Shown: one piece after another, positions 26,320-35,177 of the stretch
How the letters are laid out: the number at the start of each line of letters is the position of its first letter
How positions within the stretch are numbered: position 1 is the first letter of the stretch
DNA from: a virus
IMG/VR virus record: IMGVR_UViG_3300002448_000161
Length of the DNA: 36,161 nt
Reading direction: 5' to 3' (one strand)
Notes under the pieces: generated by a model
The model's input: only the letters and a program-made list of their open reading frames with translations
Told to the model about the DNA's origin: nothing
Databases searched by the model: none
Position numbers and translations under genes: made by a program

Positions 26320-26796
26320 TTAGCAGTAGAATCCGTCTTGGTCCTCGTCTTCTCCGGCTGGGGTATCCCAAGCCTCGTCGGTGGGACCCGTCTGGCTGGC
26401 CGTGAACTCCTCCTGGTAGGAGGGCTCCGGCCCAGGTTGCAGGGGTTCGTCCTGGAAGCGGAACCAGGGAATCAGGTCGTAGTCCTCCCTGGGTACCTCC
26501 CAGATTGTGTCTCGGCAGAGCAGCAGCCGGATAATTTTGGGCGTTTCGCTTGCCAGCTCTGGTGATTTCACGGTCTTGACCGGTCCGGTCGCCGGCGGCC
26601 CGTGGGGGTTGTCCAGGAGCTGGCAGCGGACGTAGTTCATGTCCTCGCCGGTGTCGGCCTCATACACTGCGGCCGTGTACGTTTTTTCGCCGATGGTCTT
26701 CTCGATTACGATTATCTTGTCGTCCACCGGCGCCGGCCAGGCTTCTCCTGGCTCGAGCTTGATCCGCACGTAATGGGGTTGGCAGCTTTTTTCCAT
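26320..26796 (-). CDS. Hypothetical protein
   Basis: 158-aa ORF with acidic tail. Confidence 0.55.
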   Translation of the reverse strand: MEKSCQPHYVRIKLEPGEAWPAPVDDKIIVIEKTIGEKTYTAAVYEADTGEDMNYVRCQLLDNPHGPPATGPVKTVKSPELASETPKIIRLLLCRDTIWEVPREDYDLIPWFRFQDEPLQPGPEPSYQEEFTASQTGPTDEAWDTPAGEDEDQDGFYC

Positions 26797-26841
26797 CGTT
26801 TTTGGGTACCTTACTTTCAGTTTGGATTCCGGTGGCGGCCG

Positions 26842-27204
26842 TCAGGCCCGCATGACCTCGACGCCGGCGGCCCTGGCGCGCTTTATCATATCGTCGGTGC
26901 CCGTTTCGCCGGGGAAGGCTACCACCAGTTCAGGCTTGCCTTCGTCCAGCATCTGCTGGTTTCGGTCGAACCCTGCCCGGTAGTTTACGGGTCCGGCTGG
27001 GCCCTTGGGCCTCCAGTTGGCCGGATAGGCCCGGCATTCAATGCCATGCTCTTTGGCGTATCTTCCCCCGAGCCGGTCGGCTCCCTTGGCAGCGCCGTGA
27101 ATTATGAATCGGGGTTCTATTTCGTTCAGCACCTCGGAGACGTGCTGGTAATTTCCGTAGTTCCTGCCTCCACACACGAGTATCTTCAATCCCTTTGCTG
27201 GCAT
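26842..27204 (-). CDS. SLOG superfamily DUF2493/YspA-like protein
   Basis: ILVCGGRNY, IIHGAAKGAD, YPANW, AGFDRNQQML, VVAFPG..GT. Confidence 0.9.
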   Translation of the reverse strand: MPAKGLKILVCGGRNYGNYQHVSEVLNEIEPRFIIHGAAKGADRLGGRYAKEHGIECRAYPANWRPKGPAGPVNYRAGFDRNQQMLDEGKPELVVAFPGETGTDDMIKRARAAGVEVMRA

Positions 27205-27282
27205 GACTGCTCTCCCTCCTGCTTTTTCGGATCCTTGGCCACTCTGACGCGGCCTATCCGCAGGAAGGCCGTCATTTCGCCT

Positions 27283-27882
27283 TCATGCCTTTAGCCTGGC
27301 GCTGCACAGGTGGTAGTCGCCGATGGGGATGGCTCGTGCCTGCCGTATTACCAGTCCGTTGCGGTAACCGTGGATATGGCTGGGCTGGCGTAGCGCGATT
27401 CTGAGGAAGTCGTCCATTTCCTCCCGGTCATTGATCTTGCCGTGGAACACTAGGGGGACGGCACTCATGTTCAGGGTCTCGGCTAGGAGTTCGGTTTCCT
27501 CCCAGCTCAGGATTTTGTTTTCGTCCACTGCCGTGTGGAGGTAGAGATTGTCGTCGGTATCCTCGCGCCGGTACCGGCTGTTGGGTCCGGTCCGGAGCGC
27601 CTGTCCGTGGAGCGTCTGCTCCAGTCCCAGCGTTTTCCAGCCGTGGCTGGACTGGGCGCTTGTCAGCCAGGGGTCTCCTCCCGTGGATCCGGCGTCTACC
27701 GGCAGCGCCTTGCCGTCGGTTATCGCTATCCGGTTTCCGCTGAGGAGTTCGGTGATGATAATTTCCTCGTTGAGGAGATTTCTCGGGCGCAGCTGCACCA
27801 CGTCCGTGGTGTTCTCCGCCCCGGTCAGGGGCCAGAGGGGTATGTGGGGCAGCTGGGTTGCTCTTCTTGATTGCATTGTCAT
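27283..27882 (-). CDS. RNA-ligase-family-like protein with substituted catalytic motifs
   Basis: Layout PHIPLWP..IIITELLSGN..LHGQAL..LSWEETELLAETLNMSAVPLVFHG..NGLVIR follows bacterial/phage RNA ligase proteins but lacks KxDG; alternative start 27945. Confidence 0.6.
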   Translation of the reverse strand: MTMQSRRATQLPHIPLWPLTGAENTTDVVQLRPRNLLNEEIIITELLSGNRIAITDGKALPVDAGSTGGDPWLTSAQSSHGWKTLGLEQTLHGQALRTGPNSRYRREDTDDNLYLHTAVDENKILSWEETELLAETLNMSAVPLVFHGKINDREEMDDFLRIALRQPSHIHGYRNGLVIRQARAIPIGDYHLCSARLKA

Positions 27883-27920
27883 GTTCTGGTTGTCCTGTTG
27901 GCCGGTGCACGGCCGGCCCT

Positions 27921-28454
27921 TCAGTTCTGGTTGCAGAACGGGCATAGTGTAGCGTGCCTGGCCAGTTTGGCCACGGTCTCGCTGGTTATCCGCATTTTTT
28001 GGGCAATCTCCGACCTTTTCATTCCCCCGTTTCTGCAGGCCAGGTATTCGGTCATGTCGAACTGGCTGTGGGTCCCTTCCATGAGCTTGATTTCGTTGAG
28101 GTAGCTGGTGGCGGTGGTCCTGTTCAGTTCCGTTGACACGGCTATTTCCTCGCTGGTCCTGCCGTCGGCCTGCATTTGGGCTATTACTGCCAGCCAGTAT
28201 TTCTTCTGGTGTACCTTCTGGGTATTCTTTGCGCCGCTGAGGTTCAGGTTTTTCTTCCAGTCCTCGGCCTGGTCCTCCCGGTCAGTTACGTTCTTTGCGA
28301 AGTTCTTGGTGTCGCCGCAGTGTTTGCACTGCCCTCGGCAGAAGCCGTCTTCGTCGGCCTCCTTCTCGACGATCCAGTGATGGGCGCAGCCTTTCTTTGC
28401 CCTTGCCTGTCTGGGCTGCTTTTTTCTTTCCGTCGTCGCCGCGGTCTTGAGCAT
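27921..28454 (-). CDS. Zinc-ribbon + HTH protein
   Basis: CAHHWIVE..GQCKHCG; HTH-like GRTSEEIAVSTELNRTT and GMKRSEIAQKMRITSETV. Confidence 0.65.
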   Translation of the reverse strand: MLKTAATTERKKQPRQARAKKGCAHHWIVEKEADEDGFCRGQCKHCGDTKNFAKNVTDREDQAEDWKKNLNLSGAKNTQKVHQKKYWLAVIAQMQADGRTSEEIAVSTELNRTTATSYLNEIKLMEGTHSQFDMTEYLACRNGGMKRSEIAQKMRITSETVAKLARHATLCPFCNQN

Positions 28455-28630
28455 CGCTGGCCGCTCCTTGCGGTGCCGTGGCTGGCCCGCTGGTTTTCCC
28501 GTAGTTTACTACGAACTCTCGGGGCGGGGTTTTTCCGAACCGGCGATTGTCACTGACAGTTGCCGCTTGACGCGTGTGTCTGCGACGGTCTTAATGTACC
28601 CATCAGGTCTGTTGTATTAGCCTGCGAAAT

Positions 28631-29380
28631 ATGGGGGTGCCTGTGTCTGAGCGTTCTTCAATCGAGTGGACCGATTCCACCCTGAATCCGGTTACGGGTT
28701 GCACCAAGGTCAGTCCGGGCTGCGCCCACTGCTATGCTGAGGCTGTGACCCTGCGATTCAAGCGGGGCCCGGCCTTCCTGCCGGGGGTGTCCGAGGTAGT
28801 CTTGCATTCCGACCGCTTGCGGCTTCCTCTCTCCTGGCGGCGCGGCCGCCGCATTTTCGTGAACAGTATGTCCGACCTCTTTCACGAGGAAGTGCCTGAC
28901 GAGTTCATCTTGGAGGTCTTCCAGATGATGCAGGCGGCTGACTGGCACGTCTTTCAGCTCCTGACCAAACGGCCGGAGCGTCTTCTGGCGATGTCTTCCG
29001 ATTTACCGTGGCCGTCGAATCTGTGGATGGGGGTATCGGTCGAGAACCAGTATTGGGCCGACCGGCGGCTTCCTCTCCTCGTTGAGGTTCCTGCTGCGGT
29101 ACGCTTTGTGTCCCTGGAGCCGCTGCTTGGTCCGGTGCAAATGGGTTCTTCCCTGTCCCGTCTTCACTGGGTTGTCGTTGGCGGCGAGAGCGGCCCGCGG
29201 TGCCGTAAGATGCAGGCCTGCTGGGTCCGGTCGGTTCGGGATGCGTGTGTTTCGGCGGACGTGGCCTTTTTCTTCAAGCAGTGGGGTGGCTTCGTACCGG
29301 CGGCCGGTGGCCGTGAGCTTGACGGCCGCGAGTGGTCTGAGTTTCCAGCCCCCTATCCTGGCTCAGAGTCTTCCCTTTAA
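28631..29380 (+). CDS. Phage Gp37/Gp68 family (DUF5131) protein
   Basis: SSIEWTD..NPVTGCTKVSPGCAHCYA, IFVNSMSDLFH, LTKRP, SLEPLLG, WVVVGGESG, FFKQWGG; alternative GTG start 28643. Confidence 0.95.
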   Translation: MGVPVSERSSIEWTDSTLNPVTGCTKVSPGCAHCYAEAVTLRFKRGPAFLPGVSEVVLHSDRLRLPLSWRRGRRIFVNSMSDLFHEEVPDEFILEVFQMMQAADWHVFQLLTKRPERLLAMSSDLPWPSNLWMGVSVENQYWADRRLPLLVEVPAAVRFVSLEPLLGPVQMGSSLSRLHWVVVGGESGPRCRKMQACWVRSVRDACVSADVAFFFKQWGGFVPAAGGRELDGREWSEFPAPYPGSESSL

Positions 29381-29410
29381 GGGTCAGGTTGCTCTGCAGG
29401 GGTGCTTTGG

Positions 29411-29439
29411 GGGGCCCGTATTCGTGGGCCCCTTCTTTT
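29411..29439 (+). terminator. Intrinsic terminator
   Basis: GGGGCCC-N8-GGGCCCC followed by TTCTTTT, downstream of DUF5131. Confidence 0.7.
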
Positions 29440-29451
29440 GACCGGCCGGTC

Positions 29452-29589
29452 TTAGATGTCGATGTGGTTGAGCCGGATCATCTCCCTCTCGCGCTGGCTG
29501 TGGTAGCCGCCCATCTCGTTGGTGACGTGGGGGGTCGGAAAGGTCATGCTCTTCAGGTGGCTGGCCAGCTTGTTTATCAGGTTCTTCAT
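29452..29589 (-). CDS. Small hypothetical protein (45 aa; not in ORF track)
   Basis: MKNLINKLASHLKSM...IDI* with GGGAGG RBS. Confidence 0.5.
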   Translation of the reverse strand: MKNLINKLASHLKSMTFPTPHVTNEMGGYHSQREREMIRLNHIDI

Positions 29590-29647
29590 GGTTCGAATCC
29601 TCCCTTTTTTTTGTTAGAATCTCTGTTTCGGGTATTTGCGCCTGGAC

Positions 29648-29848
29648 TTAACGTTGGTGCTGGGCGCAGGGCTCCTCGTTCCAGTAGGCGAAGCCGCATT
29701 CGGGGCACAGGGTGCTGGCTTCGTGCAGCTGGTGCTCGGTGAGGATCTTCTGGCCGCGGGCCTGCTGTTGCTGCCCGGGCTGGGCTCTCACCTTTTCCTC
29801 GCTTTGCTGGGCTGGCGCCTGCGGCGCCATGAGGTTTGGTTCGGTCAC
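29648..29848 (-). CDS. Small hypothetical CxxC protein
   Basis: AAGGAG RBS; CPECG..C..H. Confidence 0.5.
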   Translation of the reverse strand: MTEPNLMAPQAPAQQSEEKVRAQPGQQQQARGQKILTEHQLHEASTLCPECGFAYWNEEPCAQHQR

Positions 29849-29884
29849 CGTTTACTCCTTCTTTGGGGCGGGCGGTCCTTTATC

Positions 29885-30421
29885 TCAGGGCCGGTCTGCC
29901 CCGGCTGTTTTCAATTTCATGTAGCAGCTCACGCAGCAGTAGAGCTGGCTGGGCCCGTCGCTGGCGAAGTATTGCTCGCAGCCCAGGCACTGTCGGATGG
30001 CCGCGGTGTTGCGGCCCCGGGTCGTGGTAATCACCAGTCTAGGCTCCCCGGGCCCGGGACGGGCCGGCGGAAGCTTTGATTCTCTTATTGTTCTTCGGTC
30101 CTCGCCGTGCGGCAGGCTGGACCTGTCCTTAATTCCGGCGATGGATGGCCGTCTTTCTCTCGGCGATTCGAGGGCGTCGGTTGCCCTGTGGGGGTCTATC
30201 TCTCCAGCTGTGGTTGGTATGCTCGCTTCGCAGCGTTCTCCGTTGACCGGCGTTGCTAGCTCTATGGCTTGGTGGTCCTCGGTGGCCGTCTTCGGGCCGG
30301 CATCGCTCCTATCGACGTTCCTGGGCTGCAGCAGTTCCTTTTCCCTGCGCTGCTCTGCCCGGTTTTTGGCCCGTCTTTGGGCCGATTTGCTCTCTTTCTT
30401 CTTCACCTGGGGCTTTTTCAT
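29885..30421 (-). CDS. Hypothetical protein, basic N-terminus and C-terminal Zn finger
   Basis: CLGC..YCCVSC; GAGGAG RBS. Confidence 0.55.
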   Translation of the reverse strand: MKKPQVKKKESKSAQRRAKNRAEQRREKELLQPRNVDRSDAGPKTATEDHQAIELATPVNGERCEASIPTTAGEIDPHRATDALESPRERRPSIAGIKDRSSLPHGEDRRTIRESKLPPARPGPGEPRLVITTTRGRNTAAIRQCLGCEQYFASDGPSQLYCCVSCYMKLKTAGADRP

Positions 30422-30573
30422 GGTGGTACTCCTCTTCGGGGTATGTGCTGTGGCAGCAGAATTCTTGTCATCTGTCTCCGTCTCTCCGTTCCGTATTCAG
30501 GTTTGGAGTCGCGTCGGTTCTTCGCCCGTCCGCTGGGCGGGGGCTTGCCCTTTTCCGGTTAATCTCTTAATGG

Positions 30574-30593
30574 GAAGGCGGCTTCCCGCCTTC
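30574..30593 (-). terminator. Hairpin downstream of the SRAP gene (possible terminator)
   Basis: GAAGGCGG-CTTC-CCGCCTTC; weak U-tract. Confidence 0.4.
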
Positions 30594-30634
30594 TTAACCG
30601 GCCGTCTTTGGCCGTTTTCCTTGTGGCCTTCTGG

Positions 30635-31291
30635 CTAATTTCCGGTCCGCTGGATCAGTTCGGGGCCGTCGTTTCCGGCGTTGTTCACCCTGTTGCTTAC
30701 CCGGTGGAATTGGATCAGCTCCGCCGGCGTCGGTTTGAGAAGCTTTGCCAGCTCCGCGCCGCGGTCCGCTCCGGCCTCGAGCCACATGTCTATCGTGTTG
30801 GCAGTGAGGATTGCCGGCATCCGGTGGTGGATCCCGCGCAGGTTTTCGGAGCTGTCGGTCGTGATTATCACGACTGAGATACTGTGCGGTCCCGCTGCAT
30901 GCCTCTGCCTGACCATCAGCCCGGCCATGGCGAAGGTTTCGCCGTCCGCGGTCGATACGAAGTGGGGGCATGCCTTGCCCCGTTCCCTGGACCATTCGTA
31001 GAAGCCGTTGGCCGGTACGATGCATCGGCTGGCGCGGAAAGCCTGGCTGAAGGTGGGCTTGATGGTAAGCGTTTCGCTCTTGGCATTGATCAGTGGCTTT
31101 CCTCCGTCCCTGTTGGGGAGTCCCCAGCGACAGTTCTTCATGCTCCGACCCGTCGGGTCGCTATAGATCACGGGCACCAGCCGGTTGGGGGCTATGTTGT
31201 AACTGATGTAGGGTTCGTCGCTCTGGGTGCGGAATCCGAATCGGGCCTGGAGTCCATCGCTGTCTGCGGTCAGCACGTACCTACCGCACAT
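30635..31291 (-). CDS. SRAP (YedK/HMCES-like) abasic-site processing protein
   Basis: MCGRY start, YNIAP, INAKSET, RCIVPANGFYEW, IHHRMPAIL, VSNRVN. Confidence 0.95.
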   Translation of the reverse strand: MCGRYVLTADSDGLQARFGFRTQSDEPYISYNIAPNRLVPVIYSDPTGRSMKNCRWGLPNRDGGKPLINAKSETLTIKPTFSQAFRASRCIVPANGFYEWSRERGKACPHFVSTADGETFAMAGLMVRQRHAAGPHSISVVIITTDSSENLRGIHHRMPAILTANTIDMWLEAGADRGAELAKLLKPTPAELIQFHRVSNRVNNAGNDGPELIQRTGN

Positions 31292-31391
31292 TGGGCGTTC
31301 CTCCTGTTGCTGGCTGTGGCTTGACGGCCCGGGCCGTTATGGGCCCGGGCTTTCTCAATTCGATGCGGTTGCTGAGATTCTTACCGCCGGA

Positions 31392-33470
31392 TCAGGCGGC
31401 CTTCATCCGTTCGAAGAACTCTTCCTCGGTTATGATGGGAATATTCAGGCTTCGCGCCTTGTTCAGCTTGCTGCCGGGCTTCTCTCCTACCACCAGCAGG
31501 GTGGTTTTGGCGTTGACAGAGCTGGACGTGTCCCCGCCCTGTTGGTGGATCAGTCTTTCAACGTCCACCCGGGTCATATTTTCAATCTTCCCGGTCACCA
31601 CGACGTTCTCGCCGTCGAACCTGCCGTGCTTAACGGTCATTGTTTCCTCCGTTATCTTGATTTGGTTCGCCTCTTCTGTTTGGTCAGGGCTGACCAGGCC
31701 CTCGATTGCCCTGACGCCGCAGCGGCGCATTATTTCCACCGTTGCCCGGACCTCGCGGGACGTGAGTCCCATCCTCATGCTTTCGGCAATCTTTGGTCCT
31801 ATTCCCTCCATGTTCAGGAATGTGCTCGGATTCTCCCGGATCACCTGGTCAACGCTCTGATAGCGTGCCGCCAGTTTCCGGCAGACGCTGCGCCCCATTC
31901 TCTCGATGCCGAGGGAGTAGAGGACGTTGGCTAGGGGCCGGTTTTGGGACTCGGCCAGGCGCTCCTGCAGGTTGCGGGCGTTCTTTGGCCCGGACCCGGG
32001 CAGGCTGGCCAGTTGGCTGAGGGTCAGCAGGTATAGCTTGGCGGCCGAGCGGTTTTCCGCTGGCCGTTCCGGGTCGTGTTCCACGTCCATGGCCGCGATG
32101 GCTTCGCACATCACGTCTCCGATCCCGTCGACGTCCATCGCGTCCCTGCCTACCAGGGATTTGATCTGGGCTGGCAGCCTCCCGGGACAGTCTGTGGCGG
32201 CGCACCAGTGTCCGGTTTCGCCGGGCTTGGTGGTTACCGGTCCCTCGCAGTCCGGGCAGTTTGATGGCATTTTGAATTCCGGCATGGTCTCGGCCTGTCG
32301 CGGCGACGCCGGCCCGGTTACCTGGGGTATCACGTCCCCGGCCCGTTCGATGACGACCTGGCTCCCGGCCCGGATATTCTTCTTCCGGACGTCGGTCTCG
32401 TTGTGGAGGCTGGCCCTCTCGATGGTTACGCCGCCGATGTGAACCGGCTCCAGTACCGCCACCGGGGTTAGCCGTCCGAACCTTCCCTGGCTTATTTCGA
32501 TCTTTTGCAGCGTGGTGATTGCCCGTTCGCTGGCGAACTTCCAGGCGATGGCCCACCGGGGTTCGTGGGAAGTTGCGCCGGCGGCCTCCTGCTGCTTCAG
32601 GTCGTTGACCTTGAAGACTACGCCGTCGATGTCATAGTCCAGGTGGTCTCGCCGGTCCTCGATGGACTGGAAGGCCCTGATCGCCTCCCCTTCGTCGGCG
32701 CAGACCAGCGTTAGCGGGTTGGTCGGCAGTCCCAGGATGGACATCCAGGACAGGGCGTGCTCCTGGGTCTTTATCGGCTCGGGCGGATTTTCCAGCGTGT
32801 AGGCGTAGAAGAGCAGGGGTCTGCGGGCCGTCTCCGAGGGGTCCTTTTGGCGCACTGCGCCCGCCGCGCCGTTTCGCGGGTTGGCCAGCGGTTCCTCGCC
32901 CCGCTCTGCCCTTTCGGCGTTGTAGATGGCGAAGCCGCTGCGCGGCATGTATATCTCGCCCCGCACCGCCAGTACGGCGGGCACCTCTCCGATCAGCCGT
33001 TGGGGTATTGCGGGAATTCCCCGCACGTTCTCGGTTACGATCTCCCCGCTGGTTCCGTCGCCCCGTGTTGCGGCCAGCGCCAGGTTGCCCTGGTGGTACT
33101 CCAGTCTTATTGCGATGCCGTCGATTTTGGCCTCGGCGGTGAGCCGGCCCTGGCGGTTTACGCTTTTGCTCCGCAGCCAGCTCCGAAAATCCTTTTCGCT
33201 GGTCATGTTGCCCAGGCTCAGCATCGGCTCCGGATGCTTCGTTGTGCTGAACTGGGCGCTGGGCGCCGCGCCCACGGTCCTTGTCGGAGACGTCGGCTCC
33301 TGGTAGCCGGTCTTCTCTTCCAACTCCTTTATCTGGCGGATGATATCGTCGTATTCTTCGTCGCTGATCTCTGGCTGGTTGGCTAGGTAGTAGAGGTGGT
33401 TATGCCTTCGCACCTGGGCTTTCAGGTCCTCCAGCACCGCGTGGTCGTCATCGGTCCGGGTCATGGTCAT
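31392..33470 (-). CDS. ligA: NAD-dependent DNA ligase
   Basis: KIDG, ATRGDG, VRGEIYM, ANPRNGAAG, DGVVFKV, RAGDVIP, Cys4 finger, HhH repeats, C-terminal BRCT. Confidence 0.97.
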   Translation of the reverse strand: MTMTRTDDDHAVLEDLKAQVRRHNHLYYLANQPEISDEEYDDIIRQIKELEEKTGYQEPTSPTRTVGAAPSAQFSTTKHPEPMLSLGNMTSEKDFRSWLRSKSVNRQGRLTAEAKIDGIAIRLEYHQGNLALAATRGDGTSGEIVTENVRGIPAIPQRLIGEVPAVLAVRGEIYMPRSGFAIYNAERAERGEEPLANPRNGAAGAVRQKDPSETARRPLLFYAYTLENPPEPIKTQEHALSWMSILGLPTNPLTLVCADEGEAIRAFQSIEDRRDHLDYDIDGVVFKVNDLKQQEAAGATSHEPRWAIAWKFASERAITTLQKIEISQGRFGRLTPVAVLEPVHIGGVTIERASLHNETDVRKKNIRAGSQVVIERAGDVIPQVTGPASPRQAETMPEFKMPSNCPDCEGPVTTKPGETGHWCAATDCPGRLPAQIKSLVGRDAMDVDGIGDVMCEAIAAMDVEHDPERPAENRSAAKLYLLTLSQLASLPGSGPKNARNLQERLAESQNRPLANVLYSLGIERMGRSVCRKLAARYQSVDQVIRENPSTFLNMEGIGPKIAESMRMGLTSREVRATVEIMRRCGVRAIEGLVSPDQTEEANQIKITEETMTVKHGRFDGENVVVTGKIENMTRVDVERLIHQQGGDTSSSVNAKTTLLVVGEKPGSKLNKARSLNIPIITEEEFFERMKAA

Positions 33471-33560
33471 GGGGTTGGCCCTCCGTTGCAAAATGGAGCG
33501 GGGCGCCCCGGTTGGGACGCCCCGCTTCTCGTGGTTGCTTATTCTTTTTTTAGGATTCCG

Positions 33561-34100
33561 TCAGTCCCTCTCTTTGTTCTGGTTCTGGTGGCATAGCCGC
33601 ACTACTCCGGCGGTGCCCAGGGCTCCCAGTGAGCTTGCGGCGCCCATCTTGCTCCACGCGCAGACCAGGTCTATCCCGAACCGGGTGGCTTCGTGCTGTT
33701 CGGGTCCGTAGGGCAGCCCCATCAGCCACGCCCAGTGGAGGACTTCCCTTGTCGGTGCTATCAGCAGGTAGACCACCGGCAGCAGGCTCATGGTCACTGC
33801 CAGCCCGTACCATGCCCTGGTCAGGTGTTCCAGCGCTGAGCGGTTTTTGGGGCTGTCAGCTTCATCCCTTGCCCTGCCGGTCGCTGCGGCGCACCAAAGG
33901 AATATTCCGGTCGTAACGGCGCCGGTGGCGAGCATGAAATATACCGGGTGGACCGGTCCGATCAGGTTGTAAATCCACCTGGGATCGGTCGTGAGGCCTA
34001 CGGTCACGCTTAGTCCAGTCAGGAGGCCCAGCTTCAGCGCTGTTCTGGAGAGTTCCGGAAGTCCGTCCCTCGGCGCGTTGCTCATGCCGAAGTCCTTCAT
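33561..34100 (-). CDS. Putative integral membrane protein
   Basis: About four hydrophobic segments; ATGA coupling. Confidence 0.6.
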   Translation of the reverse strand: MKDFGMSNAPRDGLPELSRTALKLGLLTGLSVTVGLTTDPRWIYNLIGPVHPVYFMLATGAVTTGIFLWCAAATGRARDEADSPKNRSALEHLTRAWYGLAVTMSLLPVVYLLIAPTREVLHWAWLMGLPYGPEQHEATRFGIDLVCAWSKMGAASSLGALGTAGVVRLCHQNQNKERD

Positions 34101-34576
34101 GGCAGGCCCGCCACCTGCCTGGCCAGAGGTCGGAGGATGGTGCCCGTATCGTAGTAATCCCGTACCAGCTCGCCGGTGCTTGATTCGATGCAGGTCATGC
34201 AGCTGACGGAGGTTATCCGCGCGTCGCTTTCCCTTTCCTCGCTCCTGATCCCCGGGCTCACGTAGTGTTCGAAGGCGCCGGAAGTCTCGCTCATTGCCCC
34301 TTCGATCCTGTATTCGGCGTGGTTATCCGGCAGGTATATGAAGGCGTCGCCTCCCTCCTCGCTGAGGGCGTTGTTGCCGCACCGGCGGCAGTTCAGGATC
34401 ATTCCCTCGAAGGCTGCGCCTATGGCCATGTGCCAGCCGCTCTCTGTCTTGGTGGCGCTCCGGCTGATGATTGACATCCCGTGGTTGCAGGAGTCGATGT
34501 CGGCGTTGATCCTGAATTCCTCCAGGGTGTGGAGTCCGGTGCAAACCACGACCATGTTAAAGGTCTTTTCCCTCAT
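34097..34576 (-). CDS. Hypothetical protein (two CxxC)
   Basis: 159-aa ORF. Confidence 0.55.
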   Translation of the reverse strand: MREKTFNMVVVCTGLHTLEEFRINADIDSCNHGMSIISRSATKTESGWHMAIGAAFEGMILNCRRCGNNALSEEGGDAFIYLPDNHAEYRIEGAMSETSGAFEHYVSPGIRSEERESDARITSVSCMTCIESSTGELVRDYYDTGTILRPLARQVAGLP

Positions 34577-34922
34577 CTTTTATTTTCACTTCCTTGGCTT
34601 CGTTCTTGTCCCGGCATGGCTGTATCCGGTCGCTCTTGAGCGGACCGGTCATGACGTGCCCGATCAGGGCTCTCCGGTAATAGCTCTCCCGGGCTGGCTG
34701 GTTCTTCCGGCCGAGCTGGATGCTGCCTCCTGCGCCCTTCATAATCCTGCCGAAGCGCAGCCATTCAGACTTGTTTTCCTGCTTGTAGGTTACGGTCGCG
34801 TCGAGCCGTTTTTCGTCTCCTTCCACTAGGGTTGCCCAGATGGTTATCCGGTCGGCTCGGCCTTTGCATTTCAGCTCGACGTGTTCGATCAGCATTTTAC
34901 GAGGCTTCACTTTGGATTTCAT
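34557..34922 (-). CDS. Hypothetical basic protein
   Basis: ATG 34922 coupled to the upstream stop. Confidence 0.5.
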   Translation of the reverse strand: MKSKVKPRKMLIEHVELKCKGRADRITIWATLVEGDEKRLDATVTYKQENKSEWLRFGRIMKGAGGSIQLGRKNQPARESYYRRALIGHVMTGPLKSDRIQPCRDKNEAKEVKIKDEGKDL

Positions 34923-35080
34923 TGCAGTGCTGCCCCCAGGTGCTGGCACCCGGCGTTTATCAGGCTGACTCCGATGGCTATCAGCGCGACCTGAAGTATC
35001 AGCCTGCCCAGCGCGCTTCCCTCCTGGGAGGGTTCCCTCTCTTTGTGGTCTTCAGGTTTGTAATCAGGTGTCGACGACAT
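34919..35080 (-). CDS. Small single-TM protein (53 aa; not in ORF track)
   Basis: MSSTPDYK..LILQVALIAIGVSLINAG..LQ*; AGGAGG RBS. Confidence 0.55.
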   Translation of the reverse strand: MSSTPDYKPEDHKEREPSQEGSALGRLILQVALIAIGVSLINAGCQHLGAALQ

Positions 35081-35177
35081 GACTCTGGCCTCCTAGACTG
35101 GCTCTGTTCCTGTCGCCCGGCAGCCCTGCTATGCGGGCTGCTTTCCCGATTTCTCCCCTTTCTTTTCTTTCTTTCTC

